Positions 1 through 13,804 of a DNA stretch of 64,000 nucleotides are shown here, in pieces. The first letter of the stretch is position 1. Every line of letters starts with the position of its first letter. The stretch is from the human T2T-CHM13v2.0 reference genome, Homo sapiens: the NCBI RefSeq assembly GCF_009914755.1, contig NC_060938.1; one strand, given 5' to 3'. Under the pieces are notes generated by a model. The model was not told the DNA's origin and did not search any database. It saw nothing but the letters and a program-made list of their open reading frames with translations. A program made the translations under genes and the position numbers.

Positions 1-168
1 TACCTTGAGCCTTTCCAGATAATCCAAGATGAACTCCTTATCTTAAAATCAGCTGGTTAATATTTAAATTGCTCTCATAATTCTACTTTGTTATAAAAAG
101 TAGCAATTCACAAGTTGTGGAAATGAGGATGTAGACATTTGTGTGAGGCCACTATTCTGTTTACCATA
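1..168 (-). mobile_element. MLT1-type (MLT1B/C/D-like) MaLR LTR, 5' end fragment
   Basis: ataatccaagatgaactccttatcttaaaatcagctg...gtagacatttgtgtgaggccactattctgtttaccata resembles the reverse complement of the MLT1 LTR start. Confidence 0.65.
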
Positions 169-199
169 GCTCACTCTATATATTAAATCAATTAAATTA

Positions 200-1140
200 A
201 AACCTCAGAACTTTGGCCTAGACAACTCTAAGCCCAAATGCTTTCATACTCAAAATCTATTCAACATTTATGGGAGAAATAATATAAATTTTCCAACAAA
301 TTATTCAGAATAAAAATATATTTACCAACCCCTGTTTGTAAAGTTCATGTTCTTGTACAGTAACACTAGATCAGGACATTACAAGGAAAGAGTAGTATAC
401 ACCAATAATGTCATAAGCATAGATATATAAATCCTAAACAAAATATGAGCAAATCAAATGCAATACTATATGAAAGGAATTACACATCATAACCAAATGG
501 AATTTATATCAGGAATGCAAGTTAGTTTAGTATTTGATGTATTTTAGTATTTAATCAATGCATGTCACAAAATTAATGAAGAAAAACAGAAGAAAAAACA
601 TATGAGCCTATCTATAAATGTATAAAATGTATTTGACCATACTCATTCATAATAAAAGCCTACTAAAATAGAAGAGAACTTTCTCAACTTTATAAGAGAT
701 ATCTGTAAATCTACAGGAAATGTACTTAAAAGTAAAAGAAGATTTTCCTCTTAAGATTGGGACAAGGCAAGGATTCCCCCTCTTTTCTCTTTTAATTCAA
801 CATTATTTGGAAGTCCCAGTAATTGTTATAAGAAAAAAGACAGAATGAATGAAGTAAACCTCTTTATTCATAGATGACAGGAATGAAAATACTTAGGGAT
901 ACATTCAAAAATATTTGTGCAACAACTGTACCCTGACAACTCTGTCAGTATAAACTCTGTTGATAGATATTAAAGAAGACTTAAATAAATATAGCAATAC
1001 ACTGCATTCATGAATTGGAAAGCTCAGTATTGTTAAGATGTTAATTTTCCCCAAATTGAACCATAGATTCAATGTAATCCCAGTTACTTTTTTTCTTTTT
1101 GGTAAACAATGACAAGCTGATTTTAAAATTGAATTAAAAC
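200..1140 (+). mobile_element. ancient L1 (L1ME/L1M-type) ORF2 remnant, part 1
   Basis: Degenerate ORF2 motifs: caaatggaatttatatcaggaatgcaag, ttcaacattatttggaagtccc, aagctcagtattgttaagatgttaattttccccaaattgaaccatagattcaatg. Confidence 0.75.
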
Positions 1141-1612
1141 ACATGTGTACACAAAAATTTACACAGAAATGTTCATAGCAGCATTATTCATAATAGCTAA
1201 AATGTGGAAACAATCCGAATGTCTATGAACCGATAAATGGATAAGCAAAATGTGGTATATTCATAAACTGGAATATCATTTATCCATAAAAAACTACTAG
1301 TACATGCTACCACATGAATGTACCTTGAAAACATTATACTGAAATGTTTGCAGTGAAAGAAACAAGTCACAAAAGACCACATATTAAATGATTCCATTTA
1401 TGTGACATGTTCAGAATAAGCCAGTCTACAGAGATGGAAAGTACCTTGGTGCTTGCCTAAAGCTGGGAGAATAGGAAAGTTGGGGATGATAGCTAATGAA
1501 TATGGGGTTTCTTTTTGAGGTCATGAAGATGTCCTACAGTTGACTGTGGTGATAGCTGTACACTTCAAATGGGTGAATTATATAGTATGTTAATTATATC
1601 TTAAGAGATCTG
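1141..1612 (+). mobile_element. L1MB-type 3' end inserted in the older L1
   Basis: gttcatagcagcattattcataatagctaaaatgtggaaacaatcc...gtcacaaaagaccacatatt...tatggggtttctttttgaggtcatgaag, typical of an L1MB 3' UTR. Confidence 0.8.
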
Positions 1613-1649
1613 TTACCCCCAAAAAAGAAATCACAATAAAAAAAATTAT

Positions 1650-2170
1650 ACAGCAATGTAAATGGTATAGGACACCCAATGCAATTTTTTAAAAGGAGAG
1701 CGAAGTGAAGGATATATACTACCTTATATCAAGATTTAATATAAAACTATAAGATCACAATAGTCATGGTGCATTCTTGGCATAAGAATAGACATATAGA
1801 TTAATGGAACAGAATAGTGAATCCAGAAATACACTCACAACATATGGTCACTTGATTTAAACAACATTCAAAGGCAGTTCAATGAAAAAAAACAAATGTC
1901 TTTCTAACAAAAGATAATGGAACAACTGTGTGTTTGTATGGGCAAAAATGAACTTCCACTATTACTTTACAATAATTAACCAATTTATAAACCTAAATAT
2001 AAGAGCTAAAAGAGTTTCAGAAGAAAATTTAGGAGAAAATCTCTGTGTTCTTAAGAGTGTTCAAGAATTCTTAGATAAGACACAAAGAATCATTATCCAT
2101 AAATAAAAAGGATTGATAAATTGGTTTTAATGAAAATGTAAAATGTTTATACTTGAACGATAATGCTTAA
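1650..2170 (+). mobile_element. ancient L1 ORF2 remnant, part 2 (continues 200-1140)
   Basis: ttggcataagaatagacatatagattaatggaacagaatagtgaatccagaaat; ORF2 sequence resumes about where part 1 stops. Confidence 0.75.
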
Positions 2171-2467
2171 GGGATTCCTACATATGGAACGACAATACTA
2201 CCATCTTGAAAACCCATGAAAGTACAAAACTCTCTAGAACAGAAATGTTACATAATGTACATAAATGAAAAAGAGAAAGGAGTCAAACATCACAACAAAA
2301 ACCCACCACATTGTAAAGGTAAAAAAAAAAGAAGAGAAGGAAAAGAACAAAGAATACCTATAACAATCAAAAACAATAAACAAAATGAGCAAAGTAAGTC
2401 CTTACCTATCAATAACAACTTTGAATATGAATGATTAAAATTCCTCATTAAAAAAATATAGATGGGC

Positions 2468-2618
2468 CTCACCACCACGCCCGGCTAATTTTTTTTGTAT
2501 TTTTAGTAGAGATACACCCCGTGTTAGCCAGGATGGTCTCGACCTCCTGACTTCGTGATCCGCCTGCTTCAGCCTCCCAAAGTGCTGGGATTACAGGCAT
2601 GAGCCACCGCACCTGGTC
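2468..2618 (-). mobile_element. Alu left-arm fragment (AluSc/Y-like) inside the 2468-2791 insertion
   Basis: ccaccacgcccggctaatttt...gttagccaggatggtctcg...cctcccaaagtgctgggattacaggcatgagccaccgcacctggtc. Confidence 0.92.
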
Positions 2619-2791
2619 GACCAAGAGATATTTTTAAGAAAAGTCTCATAAAAGCATAAAATTTTATATATGGCAAAGGCAATCAACATCTATAGAAAAC
2701 TGATAAACACATATGACTCAGAGGAAGAAATTTCCCTCTATGTATTATTTACTATTAAACTTAATATGGCTTATAAGGCCTTGATCATCGA
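2468..2791 (+). pseudogene. TSD-flanked foreign insertion (candidate 5'-truncated retrocopy of a transcript 3' end, or orphan transduction)
   Basis: 18-bp direct repeat aaaaaaatatagatgggc at 2450-2467 and 2792-2809; ATTAAA at 2754-2759; A-run at the 3' junction. Confidence 0.6.
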
Positions 2792-5700
2792 AAAAAAATA
2801 TAGATGGGCTGATGCGCTGAATGGTAAAAAAGAAAAAAAAAAAAAAAAACCCAAGACCCAACTATATGCTTTTTACACAAAGTCACTTCAGTTGTAAAGA
2901 CACAAATAGACTGAAAGTAAAAGGACGGATAACATCATTCCACACAAACAGAAATCAAAAGTTTTAGGAGTAAGTAAACTTATATTAGTAGACTATAATC
3001 AAATAAAATAACGAGACAATGAAGGTCATTATATAACGACAAAGAGATCAATTCAGCAAGAGGATGTAAAAAGTGTAAATATAAATGTCCAATACTGGAA
3101 CACCCAGATACATAAATAAAGTATTATCAGAACTACAGAGAGATAGAGACCTCACTACAATAATAGTTGGGGACCTTGACACCCTGCTTTCACTCTGGAC
3201 AGATCATCTAGACAGCAAATCAACAAAGAAATGTTGGACTTAGTCTGCACTATAGACCAAATGGACCTAACAGACGTTTACAGAACATTCAGTTAAACAG
3301 CTGCAGAATACACACTTTTCATCAGCACATAGAACAACATCCAGAACAGACTATATGTTAGGCCACAAATCAAGTCTTAACAAATTTTAAAGAATAGAAA
3401 TCATACCAAGTATCGTTCGAGACCACAATGAAGTAAAACTAGAAATCAATGACAAATAGAACTTTGGAAACTGAACAAATACATGGAAATTAAACACATG
3501 CTACTGAATGATCATTTGCTCAATGAAGAAATTAAGAAGAAAATTAAAACATTTCCTGAAAGCAATGAAAATAGAAACTCAACATATCAGAACCATGGGA
3601 TATGGCAAAAGCAGTGTTAAGAGAGAAGTTTGGCAATAAACCTCTACATAGAAAAAGTAGAAAGATTTCAAATAAACAACCTAATGATGCACTTCAAGGA
3701 ACTAGAAAAATCAATACACCAACCTGAAATTAGTAGAAGGAAAGAAAGAGTAAAGATCAGAGCAGAACTAAACAAAATAGGCTTAAAAAAATACAACGAA
3801 TCAACAAAACGAAAGGTTGGTTTTGCAAAAAGATAAAATTGATAAACTACTAATTATACTAACCAAGAAATAAGTAAAAAGACCTAAACAAATAAAATCA
3901 GACATAAGGAAGGAGACATTACAACTGATAACCAAGAAATTCAAAGACTCACTACAAACTTTTGTGAACAATTATGCACTAATAAATTGTAAAACCTAGA
4001 GAGAGCGAATAAATTCCTGGACATAGGAAAGCTACCAAGATAGAACCAGGAATAAATAAAAAATCTGAACAGACCAATAATGAGTAACAAGATTGAATCT
4101 GCAATAAAAGGTTTTACAACAAAGAAAAGTCCAGTACCGATACATTTATTACTGAATTCCAACAAACTTATAAAGAAATACTAATACCAATTCTTCTCAA
4201 ACTATTCCCAAAAAGAGATGGGGAAGAATTTCTTCCTAAATCATTCTAAGAGGTCAAAATTACCATGATACCAAAACCAGACAAGGCCAATCAAAAAGGA
4301 AACAAAGGCTAATATTTGTGATGAACATAGACTCAAAAATTGTCAACAAAATACTGGCAAACCAGATCCAACAACACATTAAAAAGACTATATCATGATT
4401 AAGTGGGATTTATACCAGGGATGCAAGAATAATTCAACATATGCAAATCAATATGTGACACATCACATTAACAGAATGAACTACAACACCACATTATAAT
4501 TTCAACAGACACAGAGAAAAAATTTGACAAAATTCAACTTTCCTTCATAATTAGGGCTCTCAACAATGTAGGAATAGAAGAAGCATATCTCAATCTAATA
4601 AAGCCTATATATGACAAACCCACAGCTAATATCCTACTAAATGGGAACTAGAACTGGAAAAAGAATGCCCACTTTTACCACTTTTAATCAACATTCTACT
4701 AGAAGTCTTAAAAAGAACAATCAAGGAAGAGGAAATAAAAGCATTCAAACTAAAAAAGAGAAAGTGAAATTGTCCTTCTTTGCAGAAGAAATTTTCTTAT
4801 ATATAAAATATCCTAAAGACTACCAAAAAAGTCTTCAAACTGATACATTCAGTAAAGTTTCAGTATATAAAACCAATAAGAAAAAATCAGTAGCTTTTCT
4901 ATGTACCAGTAATAAACTAGCTGAAAAAGAAATCAAGAAAGCAATCCCACTTACAATGGCTACTAAAAGTACCTAGGAATAAATTTAAATAAGGAGGTAA
5001 AAGACCTCTACAACAAAAACTATGACACATTAATGAAAGAAATTGAAGAGGGAAGAAACAAATGGAAAGACCTCCTATGCTTAGCGATTAAAAAAAAATA
5101 TTGTTAAAGTGATAATACTACCCAAAGCAATCTACAGATTTAATGCAGTTACTATCAAAATACCAGTGACATTCTTCACAGAAATAGAAAAAAAGTCCTA
5201 AAATTTGTATAGAACCAAAAAAGACCCTGAATAACCAAAGCAATACTAAGCAAAAAGTACAAAGCCAGAGGCATCACAATATCTAACTTGAAAACATAGT
5301 ACAAAGCTGTAGTAATCAAAACAACATGATATTGGTTTAAAAACAGGCACATAAACCAATGAAGCAGAATAGAGAACCCAGAAGTAAATCTGCATTATTT
5401 ACAGCCAAAAGAGTTTCAACAGAGAAGATGCATTGGGGGAAATAATATACTCTTAAATAAATTGTTGCTGGGAAAACTGTATCTTCAGATGCAGAAGAAT
5501 GAAATTAGACTTCTACCTCTTAGCATATACAAAAATCAACTCAAAATATATTAGAGATTTAAATACAAGACCTCAAACTATAAACCTACTAGGAGAAAAA
5601 AAAACATAGAGAAAATACTTCAGGACATTGGTCTAGACAAAGATTTTATGGCTAACACATCAAAAGCATAGGAAACAAAACAGAAAAAATAGACAAATGA

Positions 5701-5893
5701 GAATATATTAAACTAAAAATCTTCTGTAAAGCAAAGGAAACAATCAATAGAGTGAAGAGACAGCCTATAGAATGGGAGAAAATATTTGCAATCTATTCAT
5801 CTGACAATGACTAACATTCAGAATACACAAATGACTCAAGTGACACAATAGCAAGAAGAAAACCCAAATTTTACCATTAAAAATTAGGCAAAG

Positions 5894-6137
5894 ATGGGCG
5901 AATCATGAGGTCAGGAGTTCGAGACCAGCCTGACCAATATGGTGAAACCCTGTCTCTACTAAAAATAGAAAAATTATCTGGGCATGGTGGTGCATGCCTG
6001 TAATCCCAGTAACTCAGGAGGCTGAGGCAGAATCACTGGAGCCCGGGAGGCGGAGGTTGCAGTAAGCCGAGATCATGCCATTGTGCTCCAGGCTGAAAGA
6101 CAGAGTGAGACTCTGTCTCAAAAAAAGAAAAAAAAAA
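5894..6137 (+). mobile_element. AluS (Sg/Sc-like), 5'-truncated, inserted in L1MA
   Basis: Alu body with A-tail; flanking repeat aaa(t/g)taggcaaaga at ~5879-5893 and ~6135-6148. Confidence 0.95.
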
Positions 6138-7419
6138 GTAGGCAAAGAATCTGAAAATACATTTCTCAAGAGAAGACCTAGACATGGCAAACAGGTATAT
6201 GAAAAAATGTTCAACATCACTACTTATCATGGTTATGCAAATTAAAATCACAATGAGACATTTTGCCCAGTTAGAATGATTATCAGCAAAAAGGCAAAAA
6301 TATCAAATGCTGGCAAGGATGCAAAGAAAAATGAACTATTAGACACTGTTGGTGGGACTGTAATTTAGTACAGCCATTATGGAAAACAGTAGGGAGGTTT
6401 CTCAAAATATTATAAATAGGACTACCATATGATCCAGCAATTCCACTACTCCTTGTTTATCCAAAAGAAGAAAAACAGTATATGCAAAAAAAGTATGTGT
6501 ATGTGCACCCCACCCATGTTTATTACAGCACTCTTTACAATAGCCAAGATATGGAAGCAACATGGGTGTCCATCAACAGATGAATGGATAAAAATTGTGG
6601 TGTATCTCCACAATGGAATACTATTCGGCCTTAAAAATAATCCTGTCATTTGCAGCCACATAATGGAACGAGGGTTTGTGATGTTAAATGAAATAAGCCA
6701 GGCACAGAAAGCACCCACTGTCACTCATAAAATAGTTGATCTAACGGAGGTAGAGTGTAGAGTAGTGATGACCAGAAGGTGTTAGTGAAGAGTGGCAATG
6801 AAGAGAGGTTGGTTGATGTATACAAGCATACAGTTAGAAGAAACTAATTCTAGTGTTCAATAGCAAAGTAGGGTGACGACAGTTAACAATGATTTGTTGT
6901 ATATTCTAAAATAACTAGAAGAAAAGATCTGAAATGTTTCAAACACAAAGATATGATAAATATGTTAGGTGATGGCTATCCTAATTACTCTGATTTGATC
7001 ATTATATATTGTTTTCGTGGATCAAAATACCACATGGAGCCCATAAATATGTAAAATTATTGTGTATTCATAAAAATAAATAAATAGGGATTGGGGATAG
7101 GAGGACAGAAGTAGGTAGAGAAGTGATGGGACTGAGGAAATTAAATTAAAAAATACAATTTATATACCTGGGTCAAGTTACTTGAACAAGGCAGTTATGG
7201 GGGATGATGAGGGCATGTATAAATGGGATTATTTTGATGTATGCAGAGTGCAAAGTCAAAGGCAAGTAGGAAAATATAAACTGTTCACATAGTATCCCCA
7301 GGTAAAGCAGATGGAATATGCAACTCCCATCTCAACACATGTGAAAAAAGCCACATATGCTCGAAGCTGAAAGCACAGCGTACTTTTGATGACACATTGA
7401 ATAGACAGAGTGTTGAAAC

Positions 7420-7545
7420 CTTGATTTGTAATCCCTGTTGTGGCAGACATATTTGTGTATTTGAGCAAGTCACTTTCCTCTCTGAGTTTCTGATTTCTCT
7501 GAAAAATCAGAAATTTAAATCAGTTTCCAAGCTCTTTCTATACTT
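7420..7545 (+). mobile_element. MIR fragment
   Basis: tttgagcaagtcactttcctctctgagtttctg resembles the MIR core. Confidence 0.5.
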
Positions 7546-8999
7546 TAATGCTTCTTTCATGTCATCTTTACATCAATGCCACTAAATTTATCTTCATTTT
7601 ATTTGAATTTCCTTTTATTTTTATATATTTTGCTCTTACTTTTGAAAAGGGCAATATGTTGAGAGTTTTAAGATCTTTGTTGCCTTCCTTTAATTAGGTT
7701 TGTTTTGAATTCAATATAAATATTCATTAATGGCCTTTGACATTTTGAATACACGTTGAGGCTACATTGGTGACCAGGTTCCTGTCCTCATGAACCACTT
7801 TCCAGTGGAGGAGACAAACACACCTCAAATTTTAAGTTGCATAAAGTTTGTAATTCTTTTACCAAATACAATTGACTAGCTGTTTTTTAGAAATTTGAAA
7901 TATTAAAGAATATTATATAGAGAGATTAAGTAAATCTCACAGATTATTAGAAAAATTATTGTTAATTTTTGAATATGTGAACACAAAATGGTCACCAACC
8001 CTATACTGCCAACATATCCTCTTAATGGATACAATAAAATGGCAGGGGTCAGGTAAGGAAGAGAAAATCTCCCAGCATGATACAAGAATAGGCAATGTCC
8101 TTCGCCCAGCCGTGGCCATGTCTTTGAATCCTGCTGATAATCTCTCCCACTGGAGGCAGTTTAACTAAAAGAGCAAATAGGCTCAGCATATGGTTAGCCT
8201 AATTATCACTGGAAACAGCAAAACAACTCATTAACATTTTAATAATCTATGTTTTAATGAAACCTGCAAAGGTAAGAGGAATATGCACATGTGGTCATAT
8301 AAATGAAAAATACAAAAACCAGTAGAGTTATTATATTTTCTTACTGCCAGGGCTGCCTTGCAGCCAGGGTAGCTAAGATAATGTCCATCTTGAGAACCCA
8401 AGGTCTTTTTCTTTCTTATTTCATTCATGGAAATAGTCACTGTTATCATTCATGTATTCTTCCACGACCCTGTTCTTTTGGTGTATCTAAATCTATCTCA
8501 TATTTTAACAAGCTAAAATTCTCCATCATCTGTGAAGACTGCCCATATGGGCTTCTTTTGAATTAGTGTCTTGTCTCTCTAATTCTTTCAGTGGTAACTG
8601 TCCTCTTATGATAACTTAGCCTACCGTCTTAATATATACGGTATGCTCTCTTGCTTACTCCTTGTTTCATGAGGGTATGTTTTATTCCCCTAAACAGATT
8701 TTAAAGTTATGACATGCTAATTAGGCTGATGAAAATTATTGGTTGGCTGGGATGCTGTTTAAATATTTAGCCTTATTTAAATTATTACTTGTTAAATTCG
8801 GTATTATACAAAGTGGGATTGCGGAGTTAGAAGATGTCATTTTACTGTGCATTTTATATCACTGCTCAGGTGAATAATGTGAATGACAAGTTAGGATCTT
8901 CTAATATTTGCATTTAAACATATTTCTAATTCTTCAATTTTTTTTTCTGAAATATGATAATTAAGAGAATATGATAATTACGAGACCAATTAGTGGAAT

Positions 9000-9220
9000 T
9001 AGGGCTGCTGGTGTTCAAAGTTTTTTTCTTCTACTACCCGTGTGACCAAAAGCAAATTTCTTTTCTGTGCTTCAGTCCTAGTCTTTGATTGTAAAATGGG
9101 GAGAATAATATCACTTTCTTCATGAAGTTATTATGAGAATTAAATATATTGATACAAATAAAGCACTTAGAATAGTTCCCAGAAAAAGGTTAATTGCCAA
9201 TCAATGTTAGCTATAATTAC
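9000..9220 (+). mobile_element. MIR
   Basis: ctgtgcttcagt...tgtaaaatggggagaataata...ttattatgagaattaaat...aaagcacttagaatagt...caatgttagctat. Confidence 0.85.
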
Positions 9221-9939
9221 AATTTTGGGATTTGGAACAAAAAGTTGTTTTCATGATTTTCTAGAGCATGAACATATCAAATGCAAAAACTCCAACTTCA
9301 GTTTATGGATAGTTGAAATGAATCCTATGGCAACTTGCAAATGTGTTCTATGGTTTTGTCCACCCGAGTCCCTCCTCTGACGGCAAGTTGGTGAGTGCTC
9401 TGGATGGAGCCAATTCTGCGGCTGGCTGCCCCCAACCCTTTGCCTTCAGTTACTGGCTCTCTTCTCACACAAGTTGTATGGGGTGTTCACACACTCAGTT
9501 GTTAGCATGGTGTCTCCTTATGAGAACATTCACTGCCCAGCCTGCCAATGTTTCTAAAAACCCTTTTCACGATCTTTGTTTCCTGTATGATTTTATTAGA
9601 CACATTTCATTCCATTCTCTGGAAAAGCTTATTTATTTTTCTTTTACAATGGTGTTTTCCTGTCCTGCTGAGTGCTCTCACTCCTTCCCCTATGGCATAA
9701 TTTCCTGAGTCTGACTTTAAATAGTTCCTCTGACACATGTGCCCTGTGTACTTTCTGTGGAAGCTCATCATGAAATTTGCTTTATGTCACTGGTTAAATC
9801 ATTTTATCATTCCGCAGATACTTGCTGAGTAACACCATATGCCAGGTCCTGTGCCTGGAGATTTTGATAGCAAGGTGAGCAAGAACCAGTCCTCATTTTT
9901 TTTGGGTTTTGAGCTGAGAACAATGGGACAAATATTAAA

Positions 9940-9969
9940 TACATACATACATACATACACACATACATA
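9940..9969. repeat. (TACA)n microsatellite
   Basis: Read directly. Confidence 0.9.
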
Positions 9970-10177
9970 ATTCAAAATTATGGTAACTTATTTAAAGGAA
10001 AAACACAAGACCATAGGCACTGTAATTGAGAAACCTGATTCAAATACAGTTTAGCTGGACCAAGGGAGAATGTTATGCGAAATGCTTTGGTTTAAGGTGT
10101 CTCTGAGTCAACAAAGTTGTGATAACAAGGAGGCAGTTTTTTGAAGCTTAAGAAAAGCACACATGGTTTTTTTTTTG

Positions 10178-10191
10178 TATATACATATATA

Positions 10192-10228
<37 letters not shown>

Positions 10229-10229
10229 G
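10178..10229. repeat. compound (TA)n(TG)n(TA)n microsatellite
   Basis: Read directly. Confidence 0.9.
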
Positions 10230-10659
10230 ATACTTACTACCATATAAATGAAAGAGATGATGCTAAGATAGAGTGTAGAGGGAAGAGAGGGCCCAGAACC
10301 TACCCCTGGGATAATTCTAACTTTAAAAGTTTGGAAAGATAAAGAGCCATTATAGGAGACAGATAAAAAATAAACGTGTGCATATCTGAGGAGTATTGAG
10401 TTTGACAAGTCACAAGAGATGTCCTCTCAAGAAGGAGCTAATCATCAATTATCTGCCACTGAGAAAACTAGTTGGCAGGAAAAGAATGGAGAGGTATGGT
10501 AACCACGAGATTACTAGTGACCTTCGCAGTAACAGCTTCAATGATGGAGTGGGGATGAATGTCCGGGAGAGAATGACAGAGGAGAGGTGGAGGGAAAAGT
10601 AAAAATGTATCTTCAGAAAAGTGATGTAAAGATGATAGTTACTGCCTTCATATTTTCTC

Positions 10660-11136
10660 TTATTTCTTAGAAACTCAACCCACCAAACTGGGCAAACCCC
10701 ATGGTTACATGGAATACAGATTTCCTTCTCCATCTTCTTTTTCAGTTGATTATGGCTTTGTAACCAACAATTGGCCATTGAGTTATAAGAAGAAATGTTG
10801 GGTGAGGGCATCCAAAAAGTCTTCCTGAAACAACACTGCCAAACACTGATTGTTGTCCTTGTCCTTTGTCCTGTCTTCCATCCTGTCATCTGAAATGCAA
10901 TGCAATGGCAGAATATGGAGCTGTTGTTCTTGGCCAAGATGAGAACCACATCCTGTCACTGTGACTGCAGTGAATTGGAAGGGCACAGTTCCCTGACAAT
11001 TTTACAGAGCTGCAATACCAGCCCTGGATTGTCAGCATTCCAATTTCACTTTAAGAGAGAGAAGTACATTTCTATCTGCTAAATCTCTCATATTTTTGAA
11101 TTTTCTATCCTATAAATCCGAATATTATCCTAACTG
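10660..11136 (+). mobile_element. old MLT1 (MLT1I/J-like) LTR
   Basis: ggccattgagttataagaagaaatgttggg...agctgcaataccagccctggatt...atcctaactga. Confidence 0.6.
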
Positions 11137-11280
11137 AGAAAAAAGCCTGGCTGTAAAAAGGAGCAAATAATTTTTGCCATAAAATTTTAAAATGTGTTCA
11201 AATGCAGGGAATGCACAAAGAAAGAGTTAAAAGGTAAAAGGGGTTAAGAAATGTATTTGTTAAAAAAAAATGTAGATTTT

Positions 11281-11965
<685 letters not shown>

Positions 11966-13388
11966 TCATTAAGAGTAATAGAAGAAGGGAATATTATGGG
12001 AGCAGAAGCAAGCCGTTTGTGAAGCTGATGTTTGGAAAAAGAGGGAATTCTAATTTGATGGATTCTATCCTTTTAATGAAGGCTTTTAGCTGATTGTAGG
12101 TATGGTACTGTTATTGCAATTCTGCTCTTAACTATGTATGCCAGAGAACTCTTAACAATGAACAGATGAGTAAGAATACTTATGACAATCACTTCTAACT
12201 CGCTGGTTTATAAATCTCCAGTCGGATTATCTTCTTAACTGATTCTCCACAGCTTGTAAAGAAATGATTATTTTTTTGTTAGTAAATTAATGAATTCTGA
12301 GAGAAGACTGAATTTCTGGCAGATCATTGCCCTTAGAAACAAGAGAGTCCCTCCCATGAAATTCCTGGTACTTTTATTTTTCAAACGTTATCAATGGGCC
12401 AATCACTTTCTGGGACAGTGAGCATCAAAATATGACTTTTTTTCTTCACTGACATTAGGTATAGATTACATTGACCAAAAGAACCCCTAGGATATATTTT
12501 CGATGAGCACTAAAGTACGAGAAGAATGATATTTCTTCAGTTGAATTCAATCATATTGTTCAATGTTTAAAACTATGAAGAAAATAGAAAACAACCTCAT
12601 ATTTAGGGATTAGGAAAGTATCATATAGCCTCTTTATGTGATCTTTGATAATAAAAAAAAGTGTAATGAATATCTTGGCTGACTTTCCATTGATTGATAA
12701 TGCCACATAATGTTAAATGGCTCACTGGCTGAGACAGTGGTTTCTATTTCTCTTGAATTTAATCATTCCTTAAGCTTCAAACTTATGCTCTGTATATACT
12801 ATTTCTAAATTGTCCTTAGTAATGTCAGCAACCCACGTAATAAAAAGAGTTTGACTCATAAGAAGGGTCAGGGAAAATGAAATAGGTTGATCACAGTGCT
12901 CTCTTTTAAGCCCATAATAAATATAAATTGTGAACAGGTACCTCAATTTTTAGAGTTAGGTTCAATTTCTTTTCAGTAGGAATTGTATTACCTTAGTAAT
13001 TCTGACTATTGAAGATAAAAGAATATTAAGTAGAGTAAGAAAATATATTCTGATGATGACACATCTAGAGAAGACGTTTTGGTACCTAAGCTTTTTGAAA
13101 TGCTGAAATTTTAGAAGGAAAACTAAGATAATACAAAGCAATGGATTTTACCCTGGAGGTTTCTGTTGTATTTAAGATTAACAAGACAGACTCTGGTTGG
13201 GACTCAGTTTTTCTGTGTAGCACTAGGGTGGTACCTACTTCAGCAAGTCCTGAAATTTAACTGCATCAGTCCAATAAAGGGTGATAGGTTCTGGGTAAGT
13301 TAGCTGAGTCATCTCAGTAAGATACTCTTTAATAAAGCACTGAATAGTATTTTATAAAACATACCAAGTATATGGATACGTAGTAGAC

Positions 13389-13747
13389 TGAAATGGTTTG
13401 GCTGTGTCTCCACCCAAATCATCTTGATTGTAGTTTCCATAATCCCCCCATGTTGTGGGAGGGACCGGGTGGGAGGTAATTGAATCAAGGGGGTGCTTAC
13501 CCTCATGTTGTTCTCATGATAGTGAGTGAGTTCCCACAAGATCTAATGGTTTTATAAGGGTCTTTCCCCACTTCTCTCTCCTAACGCTATGTGAAAAAGA
13601 ATGTGTTTGCTTTCCCTTCCACCATGATTGTAAGTTTCCTGAGACATCCACAGTCATGAGGAACTGTGAGTCAATTAAACCTCTTTTCTTTATAAATTAT
13701 CCCATCTTGGGTATTTCTTCATAGCAGCATGAGAATGGACTAATACA
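13389..13747 (+). mobile_element. THE1 (THE1D-like) solo LTR
   Basis: tgaaatggtttggctgtgtc...gaatggactaataca; 5-bp TSD TAGAC at 13384-13388 and 13748-13752. Confidence 0.95.
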
Positions 13748-13756
13748 TAGACAGAT

Positions 13757-13804
<48 letters not shown>
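13757..13804. repeat. (GATA)12 tetranucleotide STR
   Basis: 12 perfect GATA units. Confidence 0.97.

Larger units (their letters stand above)
2190..7085 (+). mobile_element. L1MA-type LINE-1 (inter-ORF region, decayed ORF2, 3' UTR), ~4.9 kb including inserts
   Basis: Continuous ORF2 homology (EN region ~2900-3500, RT region ~4200-5000, C-terminal region ~6200-6700) with many stops and frameshifts; L1MA-like 3' UTR ending cccataaatatgtaaaattattgtgtattcataaaaataaataaata. Confidence 0.93.
9805..10640 (-). mobile_element. L2 fragments interrupted by simple repeats
   Basis: gatacttgctgagtaacaccatatgccaggtcctgtgc (L2 3' end, reverse) followed by purine-rich L2-like sequence. Confidence 0.6.

Noticed and set aside
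9343-9708. 121-aa ORF in unique DNA
   Set aside because: GTG start, F/S/C-rich composition typical of non-coding DNA, no homology recognised.
10449-10949. 166-aa minus-strand ORF
   Set aside because: Spans L2 and MLT1 remnants; no coding signature.
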